DNA of 11,796 bases from Halodesulfurarchaeum sp. (GCA_042216015.1 JBDGUI010000051.1:1858-13653); one strand, 5' to 3'; shown: positions 1-8,730, counted from the first letter of the stretch. Translations and numbers: made by a program. The notes: a model not told the origin generated them from the sequence alone.

Positions 1-503
1 CAGGACCCACAGAGCGTCTCCTCCTTCCGATCGACCTCCTGGACGGTCGGGGAGAAGCTCATCGCACAGCGATTGTTCCCGCAGTGGTCCAGGCCGAGCA
101 CGTGTCCGGCCTCGTGGACGACCTCCTTGCGGAGCCGATCGGCGAAGACCTCCTCGGCCGAGCGGCGCGAGAAGCCGCCGTCCGAGGAGGTGCTCAGGCG
201 ATTGGTCGAGACCACGCAACTCCGGCCATCGAGATAGGCCAGTCCGAAGACGTAGTTCCGACGGCGGTAAAACAGGTCAGCGTCCGTGATCCCGATCGCC
301 TTCTCGCCCCGGGCGACGTCCGCTGCCAGTTCGATGAACGACTCCGCGTGATACTGGTCGCGACCCGAGTCGTAGGCGTCCCGCGGGAGGTCCTGATCGG
401 GTGAAATCGACACGTCCGCATCGTAAACCGACCGGAGCACGGCCGAGGCTTCTCGCTTGACCGGGGCCGCGATCCCCCCGATCGGGACCAGATCGACGCG
501 CAT
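1..503 (-). CDS. amzA: Archaemetzincin family Zn-dependent metalloprotease (3' end outside window)
   Basis: Manual translation from ATG at 503 gives MRVDLVPIGG...YRRRNYVFGLAYL...KEVVHEAGHVLGLDHCGNNRCAMSFS...LCGS. It contains the metzincin HExxHxxGxxH motif followed by the archaemetzincin Cys cluster and Met-turn. The frame is open to the window edge. Confidence 0.93.
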   Translation of the reverse strand, partial: MRVDLVPIGGIAAPVKREASAVLRSVYDADVSISPDQDLPRDAYDSGRDQYHAESFIELAADVARGEKAIGITDADLFYRRRNYVFGLAYLDGRSCVVSTNRLSTSSDGGFSRRSAEEVFADRLRKEVVHEAGHVLGLDHCGNNRCAMSFSPTVQEVDRKEETLCGS

Positions 504-527
504 GGGAGGGCTTTTCGTCCCGCGGCT

Positions 528-534
528 CATAAAC
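528..534 (-). promoter_or_regulatory. TATA-like box (GTTTATG) for leaderless amzA
   Basis: AT-rich hexamer 25-31 nt upstream of the ATG at 503 on the minus strand. Confidence 0.55.
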
Positions 535-542
535 ATCCCGCC

Positions 543-980
543 GTGTGCGGATCGCCAGGGGTTCACGAATCCGGTCGGTCGCCACCCCCACTACCCGACG
601 TTCTCGCCGCCCACGACCGGCTCGTCGAGGTGGGGATCGGCAACCGGACCGATGTCGCCGCCGCGCTCGCGGATCGAGGAGTCGCCGTGACCGCCGTCGA
701 CGTGATCGAGCGGTCGGTCCCCGCCGGGGTCGAATTCGTTCGCGACGACGTGACCGAGCCGACCCTCGACGTGTACGACGCCAGCGAGGCGATCTACTCG
801 TTGCGGCTGCCTCCCGACCTCCAGCCCCCGGTCGCCGCCATCGCCGACGCCATCTCGGTGCCCCTCTATTTCACGACCCTCGGGACAGATCCGCCGGTGG
901 TCCCGACCGCGGTGAGAACGATCGAAGCAGGGGCCCTCCACGGGTACGAGCCGGGGCCCGCACCCGGGCGGTCCCGATAA
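543..980 (+). CDS. UPF0146 family protein
   Basis: LVEVGIG...VTAVDV...FVRDDVTEP...[11 protein letters not shown]...FTTLG motifs typical of UPF0146. The GTG start is uncertain. Confidence 0.85.
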   Translation: MCGSPGVHESGRSPPPLPDVLAAHDRLVEVGIGNRTDVAAALADRGVAVTAVDVIERSVPAGVEFVRDDVTEPTLDVYDASEAIYSLRLPPDLQPPVAAIADAISVPLYFTTLGTDPPVVPTAVRTIEAGALHGYEPGPAPGRSR

Positions 981-984
981 TCGA

Positions 985-1072
985 TTCGCCCCCACCGGCC
1001 GTTTTCTCGACGCCTGTCGGGCGGGTTCGTCACCACCGGCCGTTTTCACAACGCCTATCGGCGGGGTTCGCC
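985..1072 (+). repeat. Imperfect 41-bp-period tandem duplication covering the HAD gene promoter
   Basis: 992-1029 CCACCGGCCGTTTTCTCGACGCCTGTCGGGCGGGTTCG versus 1033-1070 CCACCGGCCGTTTTCACAACGCCTATCGGCGGGGTTCG, 33/38 identical by manual alignment. Confidence 0.9.
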
Positions 1073-1083
1073 TGCACATGGGT

Positions 1084-1986
1084 ATGCAGGTCGACGCAGT
1101 CGTCCTCGACATTGACGGCGTGCTGGTGGACGTCTCGAACTCCTACCGGCGGGCCATCGTTCGGAGCGTCGAGGTCGTCTACGGGCACACGATCCCGAAG
1201 GCCGGGGTCCAGTCCTTCAAGGAGGTCGGCGGGTTCAACAACGACTGGGTGGTCACCGACGCCGTCGCGCTCTTCGTCCTCGGGCGGGACGCCGGCCTCG
1301 ATCTCGACGTCGATGGGTTCGGAAGCGCGATCGAACGGGCTGGCGGCGGTCTCGAAGGGGTCAAGGCAGTCCTCCACGAGAAAATGGAGACGGCGGCCGT
1401 CGATTCCGTCCTCGATCGGTGGGACCCCGACCGGCTCCGGACGGTGTTCCAACAGCTCTATCTCGGGCCGGACGGCTACCGCGAACTCGAGGACGGCGAG
1501 CCGGACCTCTACGAGTCAGCCGGGACGGGCGGACCGGCTCTCCCCCCGGATGGGTTCATGGCCGACGAGCCGGTTCTGATCGAGCCGGAGACGATCCAGG
1601 CCCTGGAGAGAAACTACGAACTCGGGGTGGTGACCGGTCGACCCCGTGCCGAAGCCGAACTCGCACTCGACCGGGTGGGCCTTGCCATTCCGGACGACCG
1701 GCTCTTCGCCATGGAGGACTGGGTGGGAAAGCCCGATCCCGCGGGGCTCATCGCGGTGGCCGAACGGGCGAACGCCGAGGCGGTCGCCTTCGCCGGGGAC
1801 ACACGCGATGACGTTCGAACCGCGAGAAACGCCGATCGCGACGACCCGGATCGATCCTACTGGGGGGTCGGCGTGCTCACCGGCGGCCTCACCGGCGAGG
1901 AGGGGCGGGCTGCACTCGAGGCCGTCGGCGCCGAGGTCGTCATCGGATCGATCAACGCGTTGCCCGACATGATCGAGCCGCGCTGA
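1084..1986 (+). CDS. HAD-superfamily hydrolase (TIGR01548-like)
   Basis: Motif I DIDGVL, GGFNNDW, motif II VTGRP, motif III GKPDP, motif IV GDTRDD. The ATG at 1084 is preferred over 1078 from promoter spacing. Confidence 0.88.
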   Translation: MQVDAVVLDIDGVLVDVSNSYRRAIVRSVEVVYGHTIPKAGVQSFKEVGGFNNDWVVTDAVALFVLGRDAGLDLDVDGFGSAIERAGGGLEGVKAVLHEKMETAAVDSVLDRWDPDRLRTVFQQLYLGPDGYRELEDGEPDLYESAGTGGPALPPDGFMADEPVLIEPETIQALERNYELGVVTGRPRAEAELALDRVGLAIPDDRLFAMEDWVGKPDPAGLIAVAERANAEAVAFAGDTRDDVRTARNADRDDPDRSYWGVGVLTGGLTGEEGRAALEAVGAEVVIGSINALPDMIEPR

Positions 1987-2038
1987 CGGCGGGCGAGTTC
2001 GCACAACCCTTTTCGCCGACCGGCAACTGTCTCGGGCC

Positions 2039-2701
2039 ATGCGTGTCGCGCTTCTCGGTGGGACTGGCGACCTGGGTCGGGGCCTGGCACTGCGGTTGGG
2101 CAAGGACACGGATCACGACCTGCTCGTCGGGTCCCGGGATCCCGAACGAGCGCGCGCGGCGGCCGGCGAATACGAAACCCGGCTCGCCGAGCACGGGATC
2201 GACCGGTCGATCGGCGGGTTCGAGAATGGCATGGCCACAGCACGGAGCGACGTCGTCGTGCTAGCGGTCTCGCCAACTCACCTCACGGACCTCCTCGAGG
2301 CGGTCGGCGACCGGCTCCAGGGGGACGCAATCGTCGTCACCCCGGCCGTCGGCATCGAACGGACGAACGCGGGCTTCGCATACGACCCGCCACCGCAGGG
2401 AAGCGTTGCGGCGCTGGTCCGAGAGCGGCTTCCTGACGAAAATCCGGTCGTCGGGGCGTTTCACACCCTGCCCGCGGGACGACTCGCCGACCTCTCCTCC
2501 CTCGACATGGACACGCTCGTCTTCGGTGACAGCGAGCGGGCGATCGACAGGGTGCGGTCCCTCGCGGAGCGAATCGAGGGGCTCGACTCACTCGCTGTCG
2601 GCGGACTCGAGAACGCGGCGAGCGTGGAATCGCTGACGCCGCTCCTCCTCACCCTCGCGAAGCGAAACGATCGCTCCGATCCGGGGCTCAAAATCAGCTA
2701 A
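2039..2701 (+). CDS. npdG: NADPH-dependent F420 reductase (F420H2:NADP+ oxidoreductase)
   Basis: N-terminal MRVALLGGTGDLGRGLA Rossmann motif, GSRDPERA, VVGAFH, GGLENA..VESLTPLL. Promoter-like ACAACCCTTTT at 2003-2013. Confidence 0.9.
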   Translation: MRVALLGGTGDLGRGLALRLGKDTDHDLLVGSRDPERARAAAGEYETRLAEHGIDRSIGGFENGMATARSDVVVLAVSPTHLTDLLEAVGDRLQGDAIVVTPAVGIERTNAGFAYDPPPQGSVAALVRERLPDENPVVGAFHTLPAGRLADLSSLDMDTLVFGDSERAIDRVRSLAERIEGLDSLAVGGLENAASVESLTPLLLTLAKRNDRSDPGLKIS

Positions 2702-2974
2702 TCAGGCCCCTGCGGCCTCGAGGGCCTCCTCGATCGGCTCGCGCTGGGTGACCCCGACGAACCGCTCGACCACGTCCTCGCCGGACTCGACGACGACGGT
2801 GGGGATCGAGCGGACCTGGTACTCGTTCGCCATGTCGGGGTTCGCGTCCACGTCGACGAACTGGAAGGAGACCCGGTCCTCGTAGTCCGCTTCGATCTCC
2901 TCGATGATCGGATCCTGTGTCTTGCAGGGGCCACACCAGTCCGCGTGAAAGTCGATCAGCGTAACGTCAGTCAT
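2702..2974 (-). CDS. trxA: Thioredoxin
   Basis: MTDVTLIDFHADWCGPCK...YQVRSIPT, 90 aa. This is the C-terminal part of the 369-aa track ORF. Confidence 0.95.
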   Translation of the reverse strand: MTDVTLIDFHADWCGPCKTQDPIIEEIEADYEDRVSFQFVDVDANPDMANEYQVRSIPTVVVESGEDVVERFVGVTQREPIEEALEAAGA

Positions 2975-3067
2975 CGGGTACCCCGAGGTATCCACGCGGG
3001 TCGCATAAGGGTTGCTCCCCGGTGCTCGCCCGAAAGGTTTAGGCGGGGCTCCCCGCTTACGTCGAAC

Positions 3068-3232
3068 ATGAGCAGCGGCAAAAACTCGGGCGGCCTGATG
3101 TCCAGTGCCGGTCTCGTCCGGTACTTCGACTCCGAGAGCGGGAATTCGATCACCATGGATCCGAAGACGGTGATCGCGTTCGGTGCGCTCTTCGGCATCC
3201 TCGTCCGAATCCTGACCATCGTCTCCTTTTGA
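3068..3232 (+). CDS. secG: Preprotein translocase subunit Sec61beta
   Basis: MSSGKNSGGLMSSAGLVRYFD signature plus a single C-terminal hydrophobic helix, 54 aa. Confidence 0.93.
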   Translation: MSSGKNSGGLMSSAGLVRYFDSESGNSITMDPKTVIAFGALFGILVRILTIVSF

Positions 3233-3269
3233 ACGGGAGCCCTTTCTACCTGCAACTCCCAGCGCCCAT

Positions 3270-3719
3270 ATGGACGCATCTATCGACGGGGTCCGGGTCG
3301 CCGGCACCGCCGAGGGACCGGTTCCAGTGGTCCTGCTCGGGGTCGAAGCGGAGCAGGCCCGACAGCTCCCCATCTTCATCGGATTCGACGAGGCCGTGAG
3401 CATCGCCCGCGGGATGGACGCCCGGGACATCGGACGCCCGCTCACCCACGACCTGATGCTCGACGTCATCGAGGAGCTGGGCGGCCGGGTGGATCGGGTC
3501 GTCGTGAGCGGACTCGCGGAGGGGACGTTCACCGCCGACCTGCACCTCGAGACGCCCCGGGACGAGGCGGTCATCGACGCCCGACCGAGCGACTCCCTGG
3601 CGCTTGCGGCCCGGACGAACGCCCCGATCGCCATCGAGCAGTCCGTGTTCGAGGAGGGGGGCCGGCCGCGCGAGGAGTTCGAGGACCTCGAAGACATCCG
3701 GGAGGTGACCGAGATATGA
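3270..3719 (+). CDS. Bifunctional nuclease family protein (DUF151)
   Basis: LPIFIG.DEA.SI, RPLTHDL and IDARPSDSLALA motifs. Confidence 0.92.
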   Translation: MDASIDGVRVAGTAEGPVPVVLLGVEAEQARQLPIFIGFDEAVSIARGMDARDIGRPLTHDLMLDVIEELGGRVDRVVVSGLAEGTFTADLHLETPRDEAVIDARPSDSLALAARTNAPIAIEQSVFEEGGRPREEFEDLEDIREVTEI

Positions 3720-4009
3720 GCGGGGACGTCCTCCGGGATCTCTTCGAAACCATCGAGACCCGCAAGGAGACCCTCCCCGAGGACTCCTACACGGCCTCGC
3801 TCTTCACCCACGAGAAGGGGAAAAACGCCGTCCTCGAGAAGCTCGGCGAGGAGACCACCGAGCTGGTGCTGGCCGCGAAGGACGACCGATCAGCGGAGGT
3901 GGCCCACGAGTCGGCCGACCTTGTCTACCACCTCCTCGTGCTGCTCTCGATGCAGGACATGGACCTCGAGGACCTGCTCTCGGAACTCCACACTCGCCGG
4001 GGCGAGTGA
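3716..4009 (+). CDS. hisE: Phosphoribosyl-ATP diphosphatase
   Basis: SYTASLF...KLGEETTE...ESADLVYHLLVLL. ATGA overlap with the upstream gene suggests translational coupling. Confidence 0.95.
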   Translation: MSGDVLRDLFETIETRKETLPEDSYTASLFTHEKGKNAVLEKLGEETTELVLAAKDDRSAEVAHESADLVYHLLVLLSMQDMDLEDLLSELHTRRGE

Positions 4010-4165
4010 GGACGGAATTCGCGAAGGATCGGGGCGAGTGCGGGCGGAATTCAGGAAGGGACGGAACGGGTGAAGGAGAAATTCGCGAAGGATCGGGGCG
4101 AGTGCGGGCGGAATTCAGGAAGGGACGGAACGGGTGAAGGAGAAATTCGCGAAGGATCGGGGCGA
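3998..4165 (+). repeat. Tandem repeat with exact 64-bp period built from two diverged 32-bp subunits
   Basis: AATTCGCGAAGGATCGGGGCGA starts at 4016, 4080 and 4144. 4016-4079 is identical to 4080-4143. A partial subunit (3998-4020) overlaps the hisE stop. Confidence 0.95.
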
Positions 4166-4190
4166 AAACCAGGCGACACCGATAAACGGC

Positions 4191-4197
4191 CTTTTAC
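4191..4197 (+). promoter_or_regulatory. TATA-like box (CTTTTAC) for the NOG1 gene
   Basis: 24-30 nt upstream of the ATG at 4221. Confidence 0.55.
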
Positions 4198-4220
4198 GTG
4201 CCCACGAACTATCGACCGAC

Positions 4221-5201
4221 ATGATTTTCGAGGACCTCCAGACCACACCCACCGCCGAGGAGCTCCTCGACACGGCGTTCTCCCGGGCCGCCCGAGCGGG
4301 CCGCTCGAAGCACGGTGTCGAGGCCCAGCAGTCGATGCTCCAGACGGCCTCGAACGTGCTCAGCGACAACCTCCAGTACGTCGTCCGTGACTGGCCCGAC
4401 TTCGACACCGTCGATCCCTTCTACTACGAACTCGCGGACGCTCTCGTCGGGGTCGACGATCTCCGCCAGCACCTCTCCGAGATCTCCTGGGCCGGGCAGA
4501 AGACCCACGACCTCGGCCGGGAGTACATCGGCCGACTGCCGAAGGGCGACGCCGACGCCGCCCGGAAGATTCGAAAGCAGGGCTTCGCCCGGATGGGGTC
4601 GGTCATGAACGAGGTGGCCGAGGACCTCGAGGCCATCGGCGAGGCGCGGGACGTGTTGAAATCGCTTCCCGACATCGACCCGGACGTGCCCACGATCGCC
4701 GTCGCAGGCTACCCGAACGTCGGAAAGACGGCCTTCGTGAACAGCGTGACTCGCGCGCACAACGAGACGGCGGCCTACCCGTTCACGACGACCGGGATCG
4801 ACATCGGGCACGTCGATCGCGACCACATCACCTACCAGATCGTGGACACTCCGGGACTGCTCGACCGACCCGAGACCGAGCGGAACGAGATCGAGTCCCA
4901 GGCCACGAGCGCCTTGGCCCACGTCGCCGACCTGATCCTCTACTTCTTCGACCCGAGTGAGACCTGTGGCTACGAACTGCGGGATCAGCGGGCGCTCAGG
5001 GAAGACGTCGAGTCGACGATAGACGTCCCAATGCTCGTCGTGTGCAACAAGGCCGATCTGTCCCGGGAGGTCGAGGCGGATTTCTACATGACGATCCCCT
5101 CCGAGACCGAGACCGAAGTCGTGGGCGAGACGCCAGCGCAGGTCCTCGAGGCGGCGATCGCGGAACTCGACACCGACCTGGAACTACCCTTCGAACGGTA
5201 G
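4221..5201 (+). CDS. NOG1 family (Obg-like) GTP-binding protein
   Basis: MIFEDLQTTPTAEELLD.AFSRA start; G1 GYPNVGKT, G2 YPFTT, G3 DTPG, G4 NKAD. Confidence 0.93.
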   Translation: MIFEDLQTTPTAEELLDTAFSRAARAGRSKHGVEAQQSMLQTASNVLSDNLQYVVRDWPDFDTVDPFYYELADALVGVDDLRQHLSEISWAGQKTHDLGREYIGRLPKGDADAARKIRKQGFARMGSVMNEVAEDLEAIGEARDVLKSLPDIDPDVPTIAVAGYPNVGKTAFVNSVTRAHNETAAYPFTTTGIDIGHVDRDHITYQIVDTPGLLDRPETERNEIESQATSALAHVADLILYFFDPSETCGYELRDQRALREDVESTIDVPMLVVCNKADLSREVEADFYMTIPSETETEVVGETPAQVLEAAIAELDTDLELPFER

Positions 5202-5227
5202 GGTTCGGCCCGACGTCGGCGCCGGGC

Positions 5228-6524
5228 TCACGCGGTCCGCTCGATCGTGAGATAGCGCACCTCGACGCCAACCGATTCGTCGGTACGCGCCTCGAGTCGG
5301 GCTTCGAGGATCGACGCGAGTTCGGGGGGGGGTCTCAACCCCCGATTCGACCCCGACGGTCACCACGACCCGGTCGACCTCGCGAAAGAGCATCGACTGT
5401 CGATACGAGAACTGGACGTCGAGCAACGTGGCATCATCGAACTCCGCGAGGGTTCCCTCGACGGTGGTTCGAGCGCGATCCTCGAAGGTCGCCGTCTGGT
5501 AGGTGGCAAGCGTGGAGGCACCAAGGAACACCGAAAGCACGAGGATCGCCACCGCCAGGGCGGCGATCCGCTTGAGGGTGGCACTCCGGGCCTCCGAGAG
5601 ACGAAACCAGTCCTCGGGCTGGTAGCCCTCCTGCCAGAGGACGACGAGGGCCGCGAGGTTGATGGAGAGCACGTTCACCAGCACGAGCACCGAAGCCCCG
5701 AGGACAGCCTGAGGCATCGCCCACGCGATCCCGATCCCGATGACCGCGGTGGGCGGGATCAGGGCCGCGGCGATCATGACCCCGACCAGCGCGGTCGACA
5801 CGCCGGTCGAGAGGCTCAACGCCCCGGCCACCCCCGCACCGAGAGCCACTGCGAGCGAGAGGAAATCCGGCGAGAGCCTGCCGCTCACCTGCTCGAGCGC
5901 GAGCAGATCGATTCCCGGCGGTACCAGGTTGACCGTCCTGGCGAACAGCGCGAAGGCGGCGGCCGCAGGGATCGCCACGCCGAAGCCGATGGCCTGGCGG
6001 GTCACCCCACGCACGAACAGGTCCCGATCGGCGACGACCGAACCCACGCTGGTGGACATCGCCGGGCCGATGAGCGGGGCGATGACCATCGAACCGACCA
6101 CCACGGCCGGCGAGTCGAGCAGGATGCCGGCCGTGGCGACCACCGCACTGATGATCGAGAGCACGACGTAGTTCCAGATGTCGGGCGCGAGGTCCTCGAC
6201 GGTCGAGACGAGTTCCTCGCGGGCGATCGTGGCCTGGTCCTTTTTCGTCTCCTCCGAGTATCGATCCTGCAGGGCTTCGAACTTCCGCGAGACGACCGTC
6301 TGGGCCTCGAGGACGACCTTGGTCGACTCCTCGTCGATCCCCGCCTCCCGGAGCCGACCGAGGACCTCCTCGACGGCCTCCTTCGGGAGGGGGAAGGAAA
6401 CGACGGCGGCCACGTCCCGGTTGCCCGTCTCCTCCCAGACCACGTAGTCGATGTCGAGGGAGTCCAGGGTCTCGCGAACCGCCTCCCGTTTGCCAGTCGG
6501 TACTGCGACTTGGACCAGCCGCAC
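5228..6524 (-). CDS. TIGR00341 (DUF389) family membrane protein with an apparent +1 frameshift near the C-terminus
   Basis: GILLDSPAVVVGSMVIAPLIGP and LVGVMIAAALIPP motifs with many TM segments. As written the ORF ends at 5184; removing one base of the G9 run at 5324-5332 gives ...ETPPELASILEARLEARTDESVGVEVRYLTIERTA* ending at 5228. Confidence 0.88.
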
Positions 6525-6548
6525 GTCCTCGACTTCGGCGCTTTGGGG

Positions 6549-6555
6549 TATAAAC
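6549..6555 (-). promoter_or_regulatory. TATA box (GTTTATA) for the TIGR00341 gene
   Basis: 25-31 nt upstream of the GTG at 6524. Confidence 0.65.
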
Positions 6556-6690
6556 GTTCAGGCGAGATGGGGGGGTCGACGCGCCACCACCATGGACGGC
6601 CAATCGGCAGATTCGGGCGACCGACCAGTCGGCAGATCCGGACCCGAGCCGTGACACAACCCGTATATCGCCGGAGCGGGAACGGGAGAT

Positions 6691-7311
6691 ATGTTCGACT
6701 CGCGACCGGACCGATCGCGGGAGGTGGTCCTCGTGGGCCGCTCCAACGTCGGGAAGTCCACGCTCATGCGGGAACTCACCGGGCACTCCTTCGACACCGG
6801 CCGGAGTCCCGGGGTCACCCGCTCGCCCAATCACTACGACTGGGCAAGCGAGGACTTCATGATCACCGATCTCCCGGGCTTCGGGTTCATGTCCGGCGTC
6901 CCCGAGGAGACCCGCGAGCGGATCAAGACCGACGTGGTCCAGTATCTCGAGACAAACGCCGAGAAGATCCTCGTCGGTATTCTGGTCCTCGACGGCAAGG
7001 CAGCGGTGGACATCATCGACCGACACACCGAGGCCGGTGAGATTCCCCACGACGTCGAGTTCTTCTCCCTCCTCGAGGAATTTGGCATCCGGCCGGTGGT
7101 CGCGGTGAACAAGATCGACAAGGTCGAGGACCGGGACGAGCGCCTCGACGCGATCGCCGAGCGGCTGGGGCTCATGCCGCCCTGGACCCAGTGGCAGGAC
7201 GTCATCGCCCCGATCTCGGCGAAACAGGGGCGGATCACCGCGCTCGAGGAGGCCGTCTGCACGCCCCTCGAGGAAACGCGACAGGAGGACCTCAAGCAGT
7301 TTTTCTCGTGA
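6691..7311 (+). CDS. engB: GTP-binding protein EngB/YihA family
   Basis: G1 GRSNVGKS, G2 PGVT, G3 DLPGFG, G4 NKID, G5 ISAK. Confidence 0.95.
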   Translation: MFDSRPDRSREVVLVGRSNVGKSTLMRELTGHSFDTGRSPGVTRSPNHYDWASEDFMITDLPGFGFMSGVPEETRERIKTDVVQYLETNAEKILVGILVLDGKAAVDIIDRHTEAGEIPHDVEFFSLLEEFGIRPVVAVNKIDKVEDRDERLDAIAERLGLMPPWTQWQDVIAPISAKQGRITALEEAVCTPLEETRQEDLKQFFS

Positions 7312-7450
7312 GGTCTCGATCGTTCGACCGGCAGGGACGGAGCTATCGATCAGTCAGAACGGGCGACTCGGGAGCAGGCCTCGTCACAAGGGGCTCGGAG
7401 GGGGTAACTCCTCGTCACTGTCGCCCACCCGATTTTCGGGCCCGGCCGGG

Positions 7451-8707
7451 TTAACGATTGTCCATCCACCCCCCGAGGTCGGCGTGTCTGGCTGCCACCC
7501 GCTCGATGTCCGCCGAGGGCTGACGCCCCTGCTCGGTGATCAACGCGTCGAGCAGTTCGGCAGGGGTGCGTTCGAACGGCGGGTCTACTCGGCGGAGCTG
7601 TTCCGGTTCTGCTGAGGAAACGGTGATACCCCCATCAGCCTCTTCGCTCCACTCCGCATCCGGGCTGATCTTATCACGTGCGGCGGCGACGATCATCGGG
7701 ACGTCCAGATGGGAGGCCACAAGGGCAGCGGCCGTGGTTCCGGCCTTGTTGATCACGTCGCCGTTCGCGAGCACCGAGTCGGCGCCGACCAGTACCACAT
7801 CGGCCCCGTCGATCGCTCGCGGGACGTTCGCGTCGCCGTAGAGCGCGACGTCGTGGCCTCGATCCGCGAGCGTGATAGCCAGTTCCTCGCCCTCCCCGCC
7901 GGGTCGAGAGACGGCAACGCGGACTTCAGCGGGTTCAGCACGGTCGAGTGCCGCCTCCACAGTCCCCGACCGGGAGAGGGTGAACACCGTTTTGCCCTCG
8001 ATCGTTTCGGCGGCCCGTCCGGCGGCCGCCCGGTCCGCCTCGAAGGCCCGCTCGAGTTCGCGGGTGGCCGTCTCCCGCACTGCGGGAAGCGTCCGTTCGT
8101 CGCCTGCCCGGTCCATGACGCGATCGATCCTGGTCCGGACGACGGCCATCGCCTCGCGGGCCTCTCGGAGGGCCGTGGCGATCCGAACGAGCTCCGCCCA
8201 CTCCCCACCCTCGGCGGCGAGGATTGTGGCCTCGTCCCGCAGCACTTCCAGGGCCCGGCAGGAAATGGTGGCCGACCCGTGCTTCTCGTCGCCGACGACG
8301 GATTCGACGGTCGGCCGAACCCGGTCCCAGGAGGTCCAGAGCTCGGGGACGGTCTCACGTTCGCGGATCTCCGGCGGTGGTACCCAGGCGAGATCCGCGG
8401 TCTCCCAGTTCGGCGTGACGTCGCGGGTCGGCGTAACAAACCGGAACGGGTGGACTGTCCACCGGATCTCGAGGGCCCCGTCGGTGACGGTGAAGGGCTC
8501 GCCTTCGTTGATGAGTGTGACCAACTCGGGGTCGAGCCCGGTCTCCTCGCGGATCTCCTGCCGGGCCGAATCGATGGGCGTTTTCTCGACGTGGCCGGCG
8601 ACCGCGCCCCAGCGACCCGGGTACGAGCCCACCTCGTCGCTCCGACGAAGGAGCAGCGTCTCCCCGCGGTTGGTCAGGAAGACGGTGAGGACTGCTCGCT
8701 CGTCCAT
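7451..8707 (-). CDS. NUDIX hydrolase fused to an eIF2B/ribose-1,5-bisphosphate isomerase-like (IF-2B) domain
   Basis: N-terminal LLLRRS...YPGRWGAVAGHVE...ARQEIREETGL Nudix-type box; C-terminal TLSRSGTV, SRPGGEG, VGADSV...NKAGT and FERTP...ITEQG IF-2B family motifs. Confidence 0.88.
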   Translation of the reverse strand: MDERAVLTVFLTNRGETLLLRRSDEVGSYPGRWGAVAGHVEKTPIDSARQEIREETGLDPELVTLINEGEPFTVTDGALEIRWTVHPFRFVTPTRDVTPNWETADLAWVPPPEIRERETVPELWTSWDRVRPTVESVVGDEKHGSATISCRALEVLRDEATILAAEGGEWAELVRIATALREAREAMAVVRTRIDRVMDRAGDERTLPAVRETATRELERAFEADRAAAGRAAETIEGKTVFTLSRSGTVEAALDRAEPAEVRVAVSRPGGEGEELAITLADRGHDVALYGDANVPRAIDGADVVLVGADSVLANGDVINKAGTTAAALVASHLDVPMIVAAARDKISPDAEWSEEADGGITVSSAEPEQLRRVDPPFERTPAELLDALITEQGRQPSADIERVAARHADLGGWMDNR

Positions 8708-8730
8708 GCCACCCCTTCGGGCTGGATCCC

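Noticed and set aside
2975..3811. 369-aa thioredoxin fusion ORF
   Set aside because: The extension is the antisense shadow of secG, DUF151 and hisE. Only the last 90 aa look like a real protein.
4016..4165. Mini CRISPR array (22-bp repeat with 42-bp spacers)
   Set aside because: The two apparent spacers are identical and are themselves degenerate copies of the repeat. No cas genes or leader are present.
4134..4220. N-terminal extension of NOG1 (MKEKFAKDRG...)
   Set aside because: It derives from the tandem repeat. The family-like start and TATA spacing point to ATG 4221.
5434..7050. 538-aa minus-strand ORF, and similar Arg/Gly-rich ORFs such as 545..1579
   Set aside because: Off-frame shadows of real genes, with composition unlike the acidic proteome.
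7428..7450. CCCGATTTTCGGG hairpin and CCCGGCCGGG palindrome as a terminator
   Set aside because: The stems are very short in GC-rich DNA, and archaeal termination does not require hairpins, so support is insufficient.
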